DNA from: Escherichia phage FL33
DNA length: 64,000 bases
Reading direction: 5' to 3' (one strand)
Sequence record: PP400788
A model generated the notes under the pieces. That model saw only the letters and a list, made by a program, of their open reading frames with translations. It ran no database searches and had not been told where the DNA came from. The position numbers and the translations under genes were made by a program. Positions 19,488-29,369 of the stretch are shown one piece after another. Position 1 is the first letter of the stretch; each line of letters opens with the position of its first letter.

Positions 19488-20234
19488 TTATCCTCGGATA
19501 AGTTTAAAAATTGAACAATTTAGCGGGTATCCTCTTTTCAGTTTAAATTTATCAATAAAAGACAAGTTTTGATACCGCTCTACACCTTGAATAATTTTAT
19601 CACACATATCATATTGCATTTCTGCTTCTGACAACTTTTTCACAGTTTTCCAATCCGAGCCTTTAAGAAGAACGTTCAATTTAACAACTTCAGCGCCTTC
19701 TGCTATACGAGAACTATCAATACGAGCTTTAAGTGCTATAATCGTTAGCTTAACGTCAGAAGTTTGTTTTGATTTAGAAAGCTGAGAAATGTGCTCAATT
19801 CGGTTTTCACGTTTTTTCTGTATAGCTTTAATTTGATTATAAGTCTTTTTGATTTTAGCCCATTTCTTTTCATCTAAATTTAGTTTATGAACTTTTTTCG
19901 CAGATGAACGACCAATTCGCAAAGCAAATAAATCACGCTTTTCAATCAACTCTTCTAAAGTATAATCAGAACGAAATGTATTATACTTTTTCTTTACTGC
20001 AATAACATTCCCTTTAATGTATCCAACGTTATTATCAAAACGTTCTAATGATAATTTCTCTCCTTCAATACGATTATCAAAAGGTTCTCCCGAGTAAGCA
20101 CAAACTTTCTGATCTAAAATGTTCTTAATGTAATTGAAGTCTAAGTTAAAATCTTTAGAACGTCTTTTTGCAGATGCCTGAGTATGCTCTAGACGACGTT
20201 TAATTTTACGAATTTGGTTATTAGACAGCTTCAT
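19488..20234 (-). CDS. srd: Srd-like protein (putative sigma-related early protein)
   Basis: 248-aa basic protein at T4 srd position between dda and modA. Confidence 0.5.
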   Translation of the reverse strand: MKLSNNQIRKIKRRLEHTQASAKRRSKDFNLDFNYIKNILDQKVCAYSGEPFDNRIEGEKLSLERFDNNVGYIKGNVIAVKKKYNTFRSDYTLEELIEKRDLFALRIGRSSAKKVHKLNLDEKKWAKIKKTYNQIKAIQKKRENRIEHISQLSKSKQTSDVKLTIIALKARIDSSRIAEGAEVVKLNVLLKGSDWKTVKKLSEAEMQYDMCDKIIQGVERYQNLSFIDKFKLKRGYPLNCSIFKLIRG

Positions 20235-20356
20235 ATTTTTCTCACATCTTACGGACGGTTAACTACTTATACTATAACATTTTTACTTTAACTTGTAAAC
20301 AACTTTATGAAAAATGCTTTAAAACTTTCATGGTATAATGAATCTAAGTCCTTCCA

Positions 20357-20959
20357 TTATAGATTAAATCCTTCAAAATCAAGAGTATAGATAGTGTATG
20401 TTGAATACTTTTTATACTCATATCTATCTGCAATTCTAAATACACTTCCAGCTGGTATCATTACTTCTTGTTCATCTGAAACTAATTCCATATTACGATA
20501 GCGATGGCTATCCGGAAACTTAAAGTTTGGATTGTATTCTTTACAGCGTAGAGCTTTTATGGCATACTCCTGGAAATTGAATACCATAGGAGCTTTGAAT
20601 TCAAAAATAACTTGTGTGTTGTATTCTAATCCAGAAGCAAAATGTAGAGCTATATTTTTATCATATGAAGCTGATACTACTTTATCAAATGTAATAATAT
20701 CAATTCCTTGATTTAACACTTGCTTAGTCTCAACTGGAACACCTCTCCAAAGAGGTTTATCGTTTGGTTCCAAACGAGATTTGATTATTTCATTTAACCA
20801 AGAGTGGTCGTCTGGCTTATTAGTAATACAATGAATTAAAAGTTCAATTTCGGATAAATTAAATCCTTCAGAAAGTAATTCTTCACGAATAGAAGCACGC
20901 ACCGATGCATCCATTGATTTGATTTTAAAATCTTTTAATTGCATTGCTGAATATTTCAT
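20357..20959 (-). CDS. modA: ADP-ribosyltransferase ModA (probable)
   Basis: 200 aa as T4 ModA; paralogous to adjacent ORF. Confidence 0.6.
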   Translation of the reverse strand: MKYSAMQLKDFKIKSMDASVRASIREELLSEGFNLSEIELLIHCITNKPDDHSWLNEIIKSRLEPNDKPLWRGVPVETKQVLNQGIDIITFDKVVSASYDKNIALHFASGLEYNTQVIFEFKAPMVFNFQEYAIKALRCKEYNPNFKFPDSHRYRNMELVSDEQEVMIPAGSVFRIADRYEYKKYSTYTIYTLDFEGFNL

Positions 20960-21579
20960 TCAACTACCTCAATATCATACACTTTAAATGTTCCAAATGA
21001 ATCGTGTAATTTTTCTTTTGAAATAGAAGTTATTTTATACTTTCCAATTGGAATCATCCATTCTTGTTCACGCACAATCATCATTAAGTTATCAGTACGT
21101 TCTGAATCTAATCCATCAGTATCTTCATATGTATACTTAAACTCAGTATTAGGAGAAGAAAGTATAATATCGCTGATATGGTCAGAGTAATTAAAAGCTT
21201 TATCAGTTTTTAAGCGAAGTACTATTTCAGTGAAATATTCAGCATAAGAAAAAGAACACGCTGTATGCAAACTAGTAGTAAATGAATCTACTCTGTTCGT
21301 TGAAAACACTTCTCCAACTTGTAAATCTTTAATGAGTTCTTTTGTCGATTTTGATATACCACGATATAGCTGATAAGGCGATTTAGTTAAATGCTTTTTA
21401 ATGATTTTATTCAACTGCCGATGAAGAGCTTCATTCTTTTTGGCTTCCATACATTGCCAAAGAACTGACTGTTCAAAGTCAGTAAATTTTTCACAGACCT
21501 TTTTATACATATCATATTGAAAATCAACACTTTCAGCTTTTATAGATAACTGTTCAACATCTGCAAGATTAATAATCAT
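20956..21579 (-). CDS. modB: ADP-ribosyltransferase ModB (probable)
   Basis: 207 aa from ATG at 21579 preceded by GGAGG (ORF-track start 21591 gives 211 aa). Confidence 0.6.
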   Translation of the reverse strand: MIINLADVEQLSIKAESVDFQYDMYKKVCEKFTDFEQSVLWQCMEAKKNEALHRQLNKIIKKHLTKSPYQLYRGISKSTKELIKDLQVGEVFSTNRVDSFTTSLHTACSFSYAEYFTEIVLRLKTDKAFNYSDHISDIILSSPNTEFKYTYEDTDGLDSERTDNLMMIVREQEWMIPIGKYKITSISKEKLHDSFGTFKVYDIEVVE

Positions 21580-21646
21580 GATAGCCTCCATATACTTCAG
21601 AAGCTATCATATCATTGTTAGGAAGGAAAGTAAACAACTTTTTGAA

Positions 21647-21829
21647 TTATTTTGCCCAGGGAGCCCAGGGCGGAGGGTCAAGATGGTATGAAGCTAGTTC
21701 TTCTAGAAGAGCATCTGGGGCTTCAATTCCATAATTCTGTAATACTATACGGTATTCTTTCTTATAATCACTAGAATCATTCTGGATATTCGTAGAATGA
21801 TTATCTTCTAACATCTCAAATAAATCCAT
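21647..21829 (-). CDS. Hypothetical protein (60 aa)
   Basis: Small co-oriented ORF. Confidence 0.4.
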   Translation of the reverse strand: MDLFEMLEDNHSTNIQNDSSDYKKEYRIVLQNYGIEAPDALLEELASYHLDPPPWAPWAK

Positions 21830-21837
21830 ATTAATTC

Positions 21838-22308
21838 CTAGCGATAAAAACCAAAGTGACGATTAGCTTCAATGATCTTTCTTTCTTCTTCGGACATTCT
21901 CCAGCGTAGTCCAACATCAAAATGAGCCCAGACCATCCTAACAAATGCATTTATATCTTTAATATCTTCAATAATGAATGTTTTACTTTTAGAAGGTTGA
22001 CTCGCTAATTTAACTTTATCGTCTTCAAACATGTCAAAAAGACCATATTCATGAGCTCTTTTATAGCCTTTAATAGTTAAAGCTTCAGAAGAAGAAAACG
22101 GTGAATCAGTATTCTGCAAAATATCTTCAGTATGCTTTATAATTAGAATAACATTTTCTGGATATTTTCTTTCTTTTATATCTTTAATTAAAATATCCGG
22201 ATTTTCTGCTAAAGGAATAATCAATGAGCAATTTTTATCAAGCGTATTTACTGATTTACCTTCTTTAGACATAAATTCTATTGAATAATGTTTTGCTACT
22301 TCAATCAT
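21838..22308 (-). CDS. Hypothetical protein (modB-soc interval)
   Basis: 156-aa ORF. Confidence 0.55.
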
Positions 22309-22461
22309 GTGATTTCCTTTTGCCTACTAATGGACCGTCAGGAATTTTGTTTTCCTGAATGTATTTCTCATTTTCTTCCATCATTTTACTGCCAATTTTA
22401 AGAAGCAAATCCATTGCTTCATTTGCTTTTGCTTTAGCCTCTTCTAACGTCATATCTTTGT

Positions 22462-22665
22462 TCATGATTTATCACCATAGATGTCTCTCATCAATTTAAG
22501 CGCTGAGCGTTCTAATTTCTTTTCTTTCTCAGCACTAATCATTGATTTCATCCATTCTTCCGATTCGTTCTGAATTTCTTTATTTGCTTGTTCAACCCAA
22601 CCATCATCAATATACATTGAGTTTGGTCTACTAAACCATTCAAGAATCTTCTTGAGAACTTTCAT
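22462..22665 (-). CDS. Hypothetical protein (67 aa)
   Basis: Small co-oriented ORF. Confidence 0.4.
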
Positions 22666-23137
22666 TTGTTTTACCTAAAACAATAGTAGGAGAATCGTCA
22701 AATTCATGAATTTTTAGCAATTTTGGATTTAAATTATTCCATACATAATAAATAAAGTATGATAAAGCATCTTCACTCGCAATTATAAATTTATTTCCTT
22801 TATCTATTTTCCAGTCATATACTGAATCGTACGAATAAAAAGATAAAGGGTTATCATTATATTGTTCTGCGCTAACATTAATGTATTCGGATTTAGTAAA
22901 TGCTTCAATTGCTCTAAACGGACTATTTGACACAGTTTCAATAATTCCGATCTTTTTAAGTTTTATTTCAGCATCTTCTGGAACTGGCATTGAAACGAAA
23001 TTTTCTACGAGATACATAGGGTTACGATAACCCTTATCAATCATTACGGCTACAGTAATTGGAACATCTTTAGCAAACGACATGCTATTACTGCTAATAT
23101 ACATTTCAAACAAAATCGCTTCCATAATTTTCCTCAA
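22640..23137 (-). CDS. Hypothetical protein (modB-soc interval)
   Basis: 165-aa ORF. Confidence 0.55.
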   Translation of the reverse strand: MRKIMEAILFEMYISSNSMSFAKDVPITVAVMIDKGYRNPMYLVENFVSMPVPEDAEIKLKKIGIIETVSNSPFRAIEAFTKSEYINVSAEQYNDNPLSFYSYDSVYDWKIDKGNKFIIASEDALSYFIYYVWNNLNPKLLKIHEFDDSPTIVLGKTNESSQEDS

Positions 23138-23478
23138 TCACAAGATGTAGATGAACAACTAGAATCACAAGAACTTCCACATGAATCGCCCGTCCATACA
23201 TGAACAGGAACATTAGTATCATATGAATCAGAACTAGACTGTGTATTCTGTGTGTTAGATGATGTAGTAGGTACTGACCAGCGCCAAGGATTTTTATAAT
23301 ATTCTTGGGCTTCTTCATAAGTCATAGTAACTGCTTCTATTGTTCCATCTCCCATATAAACATACTCAACTACAGTTAAAGGAAGGTAGTCATTTGAAAT
23401 AGGAACTACACCTTCCCCAGGAGTTGTAGAGAAAAAATCCGTAAAGAAACTTTTAAACCAATTAAAGATAAACATCAC
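23134..23478 (-). CDS. Hypothetical protein with Cys/Ser-rich C-terminal tail
   Basis: 114-aa ORF ending ..[19 protein letters not shown]. Confidence 0.5.
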   Translation of the reverse strand: MMFIFNWFKSFFTDFFSTTPGEGVVPISNDYLPLTVVEYVYMGDGTIEAVTMTYEEAQEYYKNPWRWSVPTTSSNTQNTQSSSDSYDTNVPVHVWTGDSCGSSCDSSCSSTSCD

Positions 23479-23687
23479 AAAAATCCTCTTTGAAATTCGA
23501 CTCTTTGAAATCCACCCCAGTCAGTATATCGCATTTCAGCATTGAACTCGACTGAACCATCTGCATGCATCATGAATGAATGCGTGACGACATCACAATC
23601 CCAGCTTTTCATACCCCATTTATCAGCGATAGCTTTATCAAGAACCTTCTGGAGGTCTTCATTTGGTTTAATCCAACGATTTAACAT
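23475..23687 (-). CDS. Hypothetical protein (70 aa)
   Basis: ORF downstream of early promoter-like element. Confidence 0.5.
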   Translation of the reverse strand: MLNRWIKPNEDLQKVLDKAIADKWGMKSWDCDVVTHSFMMHADGSVEFNAEMRYTDWGGFQRVEFQRGFL

Positions 23688-23746
23688 AGTGTTCTCCTAT
23701 ATAAGATATTTTTATTATACCACACTCATTTTGACATGTAAACCAT

Positions 23747-23778
23747 AAAATGAAAAAAGGAATCCCGGAGGATTCCTT
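23747..23778 (-). terminator. Intrinsic terminator after soc
   Basis: GGAAUCC-UCCG-GGAUUCC hairpin followed by UUUUUUCAUUUU on minus transcript. Confidence 0.6.
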
Positions 23779-23785
23779 AAATTAT

Positions 23786-24043
23786 TTAACCACCGACACC
23801 TGGTGTCGGTGTAACAGTCCAAAGACCTTCATTAGCAGTGATCCATTCAGTACGCTGATTTTCTTCATATACTGTAGAATATGCTGCTTTTTCAGAAGGG
23901 AATGTCTGATAATGAGCACCAGAAATTTTGTGAACATCAGAATAAAGAGGGAAAGCTACAGAAATTTCTTTACCCTGAATTGTACCACCATCAACTGCTT
24001 GGTCAAATGTTTTGATATTAACATAACCGCGAGTACTAGCCAT
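23786..24043 (-). CDS. soc: Small outer capsid protein Soc
   Basis: 85 aa; MASTRGYVNIKTF..ISVAFPLYSDVHKISGAHYQTFPSEKAAYSTVYEENQRTEW matches remembered T4 Soc; C-terminal ~10 residues differ. Confidence 0.9.
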   Translation of the reverse strand: MASTRGYVNIKTFDQAVDGGTIQGKEISVAFPLYSDVHKISGAHYQTFPSEKAAYSTVYEENQRTEWITANEGLWTVTPTPGVGG

Positions 24044-24073
24044 GTAATTCTCCTTTTATTTAAATTACATGAT

Positions 24074-24081
24074 TATTTATA
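24074..24081 (-). promoter_or_regulatory. T4-type late promoter TATAAATA for soc
   Basis: Exact TATAAATA on minus strand about 30 nt upstream of soc ATG. Confidence 0.55.
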
Positions 24082-24111
24082 ATAAATTCTCGCGGCTTTT
24101 AAGACGAGCTG

Positions 24112-24630
24112 TTAATAACCTCGGTCTTGACGAGCGAAGTTTTCAGCATTTTTCAGATAATAAAGTTTAAAGATTTCTTCTGCTGTAAGACCAAGACCTT
24201 GGAACATGTTCAGAACGAAATGGAGAATATCAATCATTTCAAATTTAATTTCCAATTGGTCTTGTGGAGACAAATCAGTAATCAGAGTTTCACGGCGTTC
24301 ACCATGCTGAGCTTTCCACGGCTTCCATACAGCAGATGCATCTTTTTCGCCATTGCTCATACCACCAAGAGAAGTCAGAAGTTCGCGGAATTCATCATCA
24401 ATATAATCTTTCTGATTACGCAGCCAATCAACAACTTCACCTGCAGTAGCCAAATCATCAGGATGACGGTTATATTCAGGTTTATCTTTAGCTAAACGAA
24501 TCTGCAGAGATTTCTGCATGTCAAGCATTACCTGCAGCGGGTCTTTTTCATCACCGAGAATATCCCAATATTCATTTTGAGCTTTATCAGCGCCTTCAAT
24601 CAGTTGTGAACATTCGTTAAAGTAAGCCAT
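24112..24630 (-). CDS. 56: dCTPase/dUTPase gp56 (dCTP pyrophosphatase, MazG-like)
   Basis: 171 aa from ATG at 24630 with AGGAAA RBS (ORF-track start gives 203 aa); T4 gp56 is 171 aa. Confidence 0.82.
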   Translation of the reverse strand: MAYFNECSQLIEGADKAQNEYWDILGDEKDPLQVMLDMQKSLQIRLAKDKPEYNRHPDDLATAGEVVDWLRNQKDYIDDEFRELLTSLGGMSNGEKDASAVWKPWKAQHGERRETLITDLSPQDQLEIKFEMIDILHFVLNMFQGLGLTAEEIFKLYYLKNAENFARQDRGY

Positions 24631-24664
24631 TATTTTTCCTTTCAATTCATGGGTTAGTAGATTA

Positions 24665-24690
24665 ATTATACAATAAATATATAAAGCAAT
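24665..24690 (-). promoter_or_regulatory. MotA-box middle-promoter-like element upstream of gene 56
   Basis: Minus-strand ATTGCTTTATA then 11 nt then TATAAT. Confidence 0.4.
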
Positions 24691-24701
24691 AAGGAGGACA
24701 T

Positions 24702-24902
24702 ATGGTACAAAAATTAATGGCACTTGTTAATGCCATCAAAGGTAATAAAAAACGTATAGCTTTTACTATTTCTGCTATGATAGGAATTTTACTTTGGAAT
24801 TTTGTTTTATCACCAGTTGCTATTGCTCATGGCGTTAGTATTCCAGTAATTACTCTTGATACATTCGTGGATTTAGCATTTGCTTTAGTTGGGTTAATTT
24901 AA
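24702..24902 (+). CDS. Small membrane protein, plus strand (66 aa)
   Basis: ATG preceded by AAGGAGG; two hydrophobic segments; imperfect late-promoter-like AATAAATA 23 nt upstream. Confidence 0.45.
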   Translation: MVQKLMALVNAIKGNKKRIAFTISAMIGILLWNFVLSPVAIAHGVSIPVITLDTFVDLAFALVGLI

Positions 24903-25927
24903 ATCTTAGCATATTTAGATAGCCGCATTTTAGCCATCAACCCTTGGGCAATATTATTTTTCATATATTCCATAATTTGTTCAGGGGTTGCACCTTCCTT
25001 TCTAATCATATCATTGACGTCTTTTGATTTCCAGGGAGATTTATCCCAAAACATAACCCTTTCTCCTGCATCAACTAATTTAGTCATTCGTTTGATAGTG
25101 TCAGGGTGACGAGGTTCATTATCTAAAACCCACACTCGTCTATCTTTAAATGGAACAATTTCTAGGTCTAATTGACCGCCTGTAATAGCTATACCATTTT
25201 CAATAAAAAGCGAATCTATAGGTCCTTCTAGAACATATACATCGCCATCTTTAACCCGTTCGACACCGTAAATTTTTGTTGCCTCAGGATAAGCTTTGAT
25301 GGTAATATACTTTTGTGGAGCATCTTTCTTTAATGCACGCCCTTGAAACGACTCGGCTTTTCCATTAGCATTATAAATTGGAATAACAAGACGAGGCTCA
25401 GGTATTTCCTTTTTATATGTTCCCGGTGCTATGCTATTAACTAATTTAGGCCATTCAGTTGTAAACCAAAGATATTTCCATTTATCCTTTGGAATACAAC
25501 GAGCTTTTACGTATTTTATAATTGGATGGTCTTCCGCCAGTTTATCTAATCTAATGCATGACGGAAGAGATTTAATTATTTTCTTCTCAGGTTGTTTAGG
25601 AAGTTCTTTAGGTTTTTCTACTGGACGACTTTTACCTTTTTCTTTTCTTATTTCAAAGATATACTCACGATATAAATCAGGTTCAAACTCCTTTAAATAT
25701 ATTCCGATTGGTGCATGATAGTTACAGTTATAACAATGAATATTTCCTTCATTATTATCGCCATAATACCATCCACGAGCTTTATTCTGGTCGGTTTTTG
25801 AATCTCCACAAACAGGGCATCTAAACCGCAATTTAAAAGTTGAACTATTATTTACTTGTGTGAATTTAGGTAAATGAGCTAATGCACGGTATGCAAACTC
25901 ATTATCAATCCAAGGTATTGATGACAT
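24899..25927 (-). CDS. 61: DNA primase gp61
   Basis: 342 aa as T4 gp61; N-terminal zinc-binding CPVC...HCYNC motif. Confidence 0.9.
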   Translation of the reverse strand: MSSIPWIDNEFAYRALAHLPKFTQVNNSSTFKLRFRCPVCGDSKTDQNKARGWYYGDNNEGNIHCYNCNYHAPIGIYLKEFEPDLYREYIFEIRKEKGKSRPVEKPKELPKQPEKKIIKSLPSCIRLDKLAEDHPIIKYVKARCIPKDKWKYLWFTTEWPKLVNSIAPGTYKKEIPEPRLVIPIYNANGKAESFQGRALKKDAPQKYITIKAYPEATKIYGVERVKDGDVYVLEGPIDSLFIENGIAITGGQLDLEIVPFKDRRVWVLDNEPRHPDTIKRMTKLVDAGERVMFWDKSPWKSKDVNDMIRKEGATPEQIMEYMKNNIAQGLMAKMRLSKYAKI

Positions 25928-26095
25928 TTTTACTCTTCTTTTTCTTTAGATTCCTCTTTTTTCTTTTTAGGAATCTGTTCAGGACCTTTATTTACTACAG
26001 CGCCTGATGTTGTTCCAGTAGAGATATTTTCAGGATTACCACCTGAATCTCCAGCGACCATATCTTCTTTGATAAATTCTTTATATGTTTTCATA

Positions 26096-26722
26096 TTAAC
26101 CTCTATTCATAAAAGCATTAAAAATTTGGTCATCAATAGAAACATTTACTTTAGACTGTTTTTCAGATGGCAATTCATATCCACATATTACAATTTTATG
26201 ATCAATATCAAAATACACAGAAGCAATATGATTAATGATATTTTCAGTGAAGTCTAAATCAACATCAATGTCTTTTTGACCAAAACCCAAAGGATAAATA
26301 ATGCGAGTAATTCGATTATCTTTAACAAAGATTCCACCGACATACTCTGTGCTGCGTTTAAAGTCTACACGCCGACGAAATGAAAAATATTCAGGCTCTT
26401 TATGAGCTCGGCTCATAGGGCACAACGAATAACTAGAATAAGAGATGTCAAATCCTACGCCTTCAATATGAACTAAATTGTCATGATTAAACCAATTATA
26501 ATCATATGCCAAGTCCATTAGATTGTCATATGTGAAAGGCACCGGATTAACATCATTGGTCACAAGCATATAATTAGCAACTGCTATAATTTCATTATTT
26601 TTAACGAAAACAAACCGTGATTGATGCGAATGACCTGGACCTGTGTTTTCACGATTAATGATATAACACTGGGCACCTTTATATTTGTACGTGTCTTTAC
26701 ACTTGTGCATTTGATAAAGCAT
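26096..26722 (-). CDS. Hypothetical protein (61.1/61.2-region)
   Basis: 208-aa ORF between gene 61 and sp. Confidence 0.6.
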   Translation of the reverse strand: MLYQMHKCKDTYKYKGAQCYIINRENTGPGHSHQSRFVFVKNNEIIAVANYMLVTNDVNPVPFTYDNLMDLAYDYNWFNHDNLVHIEGVGFDISYSSYSLCPMSRAHKEPEYFSFRRRVDFKRSTEYVGGIFVKDNRITRIIYPLGFGQKDIDVDLDFTENIINHIASVYFDIDHKIVICGYELPSEKQSKVNVSIDDQIFNAFMNRG

Positions 26723-27015
26723 TATTCACCTACCACTTCAGCGATGATATTTTTATTATTAAAGTTTTTATCGCAATACAGAACATAATTATACTGCATT
26801 ACACCGCCAGACTTAAGTTGTTTTTGAACTTCGGCTTTCATTTCAGGACGATCACGCTCAACGATATTCATAATATCTGCTTCAATTTGAGTTTCAACCT
26901 CAGTCTGATCTGCAGTCATAGACCATTCGCACAAATCTTTATCATAACCTGCCATAGCAGGCTGAGCAGCACAAGAAGCTAAAGCAAAAATTGTGGCAAA
27001 GATAAATTTTTTCAT
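26722..27015 (-). CDS. sp: Spackle periplasmic protein Sp
   Basis: 97 aa as T4 Sp; N-terminal signal peptide MKKFIFATIFALASCAAQPAMA. Confidence 0.85.
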   Translation of the reverse strand: MKKFIFATIFALASCAAQPAMAGYDKDLCEWSMTADQTEVETQIEADIMNIVERDRPEMKAEVQKQLKSGGVMQYNYVLYCDKNFNNKNIIAEVVGE

Positions 27016-27075
27016 GATAATCTCCTCAGTAGTTTATGTTTATATAGTATCTCAATTTTCAACAAAAGTAAACAG

Positions 27076-27333
27076 TTATTTTAAAACTTCTGCGTAATCA
27101 CATGTTACAAACTGTTTCTCTAACTTGACGATTTTACGAAAGTATCTTTTGCATTGGCGAATCTGCCGCTTCGTAGGGCGAACAGCAAACTTAATAAATT
27201 CCACTCGACCAAATGGAGGACTTTCTTCTGCTGGAATATCTAACACCAATTCCCACGTATCTGCAATAAGTGCTTTGAATTGCGTATTTTTCCTGACGTT
27301 ATACGGAGTGGGTTTAAATAAAACAATATGCAT
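27076..27333 (-). CDS. Hypothetical protein, 61.4-position (possible TifA-like)
   Basis: 85-aa basic ORF immediately downstream of dmd; assignment by position only. Confidence 0.45.
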   Translation of the reverse strand: MHIVLFKPTPYNVRKNTQFKALIADTWELVLDIPAEESPPFGRVEFIKFAVRPTKRQIRQCKRYFRKIVKLEKQFVTCDYAEVLK

Positions 27334-27334
27334 A

Positions 27335-27517
27335 TTATCCTCGGCAATCTACTTCACATACTTTCTTGTCATCAATGAAAGCTTTAACTAATGCTTTATT
27401 AACTTCAGCATATTGAGTAGTAGCCCATTGAACGTCATCTTTCATCATTGTGATTTCTTTAGTAAACATGCTTTCATTCTTAAACCACCCCATAAAAACT
27501 ACCTTTACCAATTCCAT
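27335..27517 (-). CDS. dmd: Dmd antitoxin (inhibitor of host RnlA/LsoA toxins)
   Basis: 60 aa; MELVKVVFMGWFKNESMFTKEITMMKDDVQWATTQYAEVNKALVKAFIDDKKVCEVDCRG as remembered for T4 Dmd. Confidence 0.8.
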   Translation of the reverse strand: MELVKVVFMGWFKNESMFTKEITMMKDDVQWATTQYAEVNKALVKAFIDDKKVCEVDCRG

Positions 27518-27546
27518 AACAATCTCCTCATTTAACCAACAAGACT

Positions 27547-27575
27547 ACTATACCATAGTCTTGTCAGCTTGTAAA
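27547..27575 (-). promoter_or_regulatory. Early sigma70-type promoter upstream of dmd
   Basis: TTTACA-17bp-TATAGT on minus strand. Confidence 0.55.
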
Positions 27576-29003
27576 CTAAAATTTTAATTCATTTGCCAAA
27601 GCATCTAACTGGGCTCGAGTGGATTCATTTCTTTGATAGCGATTCTGTTCAGCCTGAATCTGTTGTGAACCTGCTACTTCGTTCACTTCAGTTGGAGTAG
27701 AATCTTGTTCAATTTCTACCCATTTCTGATTTCCTTTTTGAACACCCATCAAAAACTTATTCCATTTATTCTTATCACCATATCGTGATTTGATTTGCTT
27801 AATGAGTTGTTGTTCAGCAGCTGCCAACTCCTCGGTTTCAATGACCGCAAGCATAAAATCAGCTGTTGCTGGAAGACCAGCAGATTCTGCAATATCGCTC
27901 ATGTTAACATCAGAAGAATCCCAAGCTTGTTTGCCGACCTGTGCTGCAGTCCAAAGAACAGTTTCGGTTTCAACAGCCAGAGCACGCAATTCCTCTGCAA
28001 TAGCTTTAACAGTTGTGTAACTATTTTCTGAATAAACTCTAATGCGGCAAGATTTACAAATACCCAGATAGTCTACAATAATGATTGTTGGAACAAAATT
28101 CTTCTTGAGCTTCAATTCATTCAAGAGAGACCTGAATGTGTTAGCATCTGCCCCACCAGTAGGATACTGTTTAACGATTAAACGGCCGAGAGTAGATTTC
28201 TCACGCCATTTTTCCATTTTTCCTTTATATTCAGCGTAAGAAATATGCCCATCATCAATGTCATCAAGAGAAACATCGAGCATATTAGCGTCAATACGTT
28301 TAGCACAGACTTCTTCTGCCATTTCCATGGAAATGTAAAGAACATTATGTCCGAGCTGTAAATAATCTGCTGCTAATGAACACAATCCTAATGACTTACC
28401 AACGTTAACGCCAGCCATTAAAACGTTCAGTGTTCCAGTCTCAGCTCCGCCTTTAGTAATTTTGTTTAGAATTCTGAGTTTAAATGGAACCTTACGAGCT
28501 TTATTCATATAAGATAGCCAACGTGCTTCGTAGTCATCCATCCAATCATGACCAACGTAGCTATCAAATGAAATTGATAATGCTTGACGCATAATGTCAG
28601 GAATAGCACCAACATCCGGCATTTTTTTATTTCGTTTTTCCGGAGGAAGCTCAGCATTAGTTTGAATTTCGATTATTTTAGACGTAGCATTAAACATCGC
28701 CCTTTGCTGAACATATTTTTCTGTTTCTTTTACTAACCAACTGTGGTCTTCTGGAGAATCGGCTAGTTTTGAAATAAGTGTTTTTACACCAGAATATTCT
28801 GTTTCAGTAAATGAACTATTTTCTAATGCAACATTTAACGCATTAATAGATGGAACGCTATGGTACTCATTAACATGAGATTTAATTAATTTGAATGTAT
28901 TTTTAGCTGGACCACTTTCAAAATATTCTGAATCCATATATGGCCAAACTTTTGAAAAATAAGCTTGATCAAATATGAGATGAGAAAGAATAATTTCTAC
29001 CAC
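27576..29003 (-). CDS. 41: Replicative DNA helicase gp41 (DnaB-like)
   Basis: 475 aa; Walker A GVNVGKS; GTG start with AAGGAG RBS. Confidence 0.95.
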   Translation of the reverse strand: MVEIILSHLIFDQAYFSKVWPYMDSEYFESGPAKNTFKLIKSHVNEYHSVPSINALNVALENSSFTETEYSGVKTLISKLADSPEDHSWLVKETEKYVQQRAMFNATSKIIEIQTNAELPPEKRNKKMPDVGAIPDIMRQALSISFDSYVGHDWMDDYEARWLSYMNKARKVPFKLRILNKITKGGAETGTLNVLMAGVNVGKSLGLCSLAADYLQLGHNVLYISMEMAEEVCAKRIDANMLDVSLDDIDDGHISYAEYKGKMEKWREKSTLGRLIVKQYPTGGADANTFRSLLNELKLKKNFVPTIIIVDYLGICKSCRIRVYSENSYTTVKAIAEELRALAVETETVLWTAAQVGKQAWDSSDVNMSDIAESAGLPATADFMLAVIETEELAAAEQQLIKQIKSRYGDKNKWNKFLMGVQKGNQKWVEIEQDSTPTEVNEVAGSQQIQAEQNRYQRNESTRAQLDALANELKF

Positions 29004-29012
29004 ACTTACTCC

Positions 29013-29369
29013 TTAAAAGAATTTAAATTTTTTCTTTGACCTTTTATTAAATGCATCTTGTAGTTGCATTGTAATACATTTTTCTACATGAGGAGCTAAC
29101 TCAGCTTTTCTTTCTTGGTCAAGAACAGCAAAGTCCATTACGACTTTTCCATCAACCCAATCTAATTTTGTCACATACACAATGTGTGTAGAACCATCTT
29201 CTAGTTTAATGATAATCTCCTGGATAACATTTTCCATGGCAGATTTAATTATCTTAAGAGATTCATTAAAAAGACGTTCTTTTCTTTCTTCTTCCCCCTC
29301 CGAAGAGGGGGATTCGTCGATAATTTCTAAATCTAAATCATCTTTATTCATTAAATTCTTCCATATCAC
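29013..29369 (-). CDS. 40: gp40-like head assembly protein
   Basis: 118-aa ORF between 41 and uvsX. Confidence 0.6.
   Translation of the reverse strand: MIWKNLMNKDDLDLEIIDESPSSEGEEERKERLFNESLKIIKSAMENVIQEIIIKLEDGSTHIVYVTKLDWVDGKVVMDFAVLDQERKAELAPHVEKCITMQLQDAFNKRSKKKFKFF

Noticed and set aside
23106-23318. 70-aa ORF overlapping the Cys/Ser-tail gene and the neighbouring 165-aa gene
   Set aside because: It is a shorter alternative frame fully overlapped by longer co-oriented ORFs.
24672-24679. Plus-strand AATAAATA as a late promoter for the 66-aa plus-strand ORF
   Set aside because: It has one mismatch to the TATAAATA late consensus; noted in the feature evidence but not called as a promoter.
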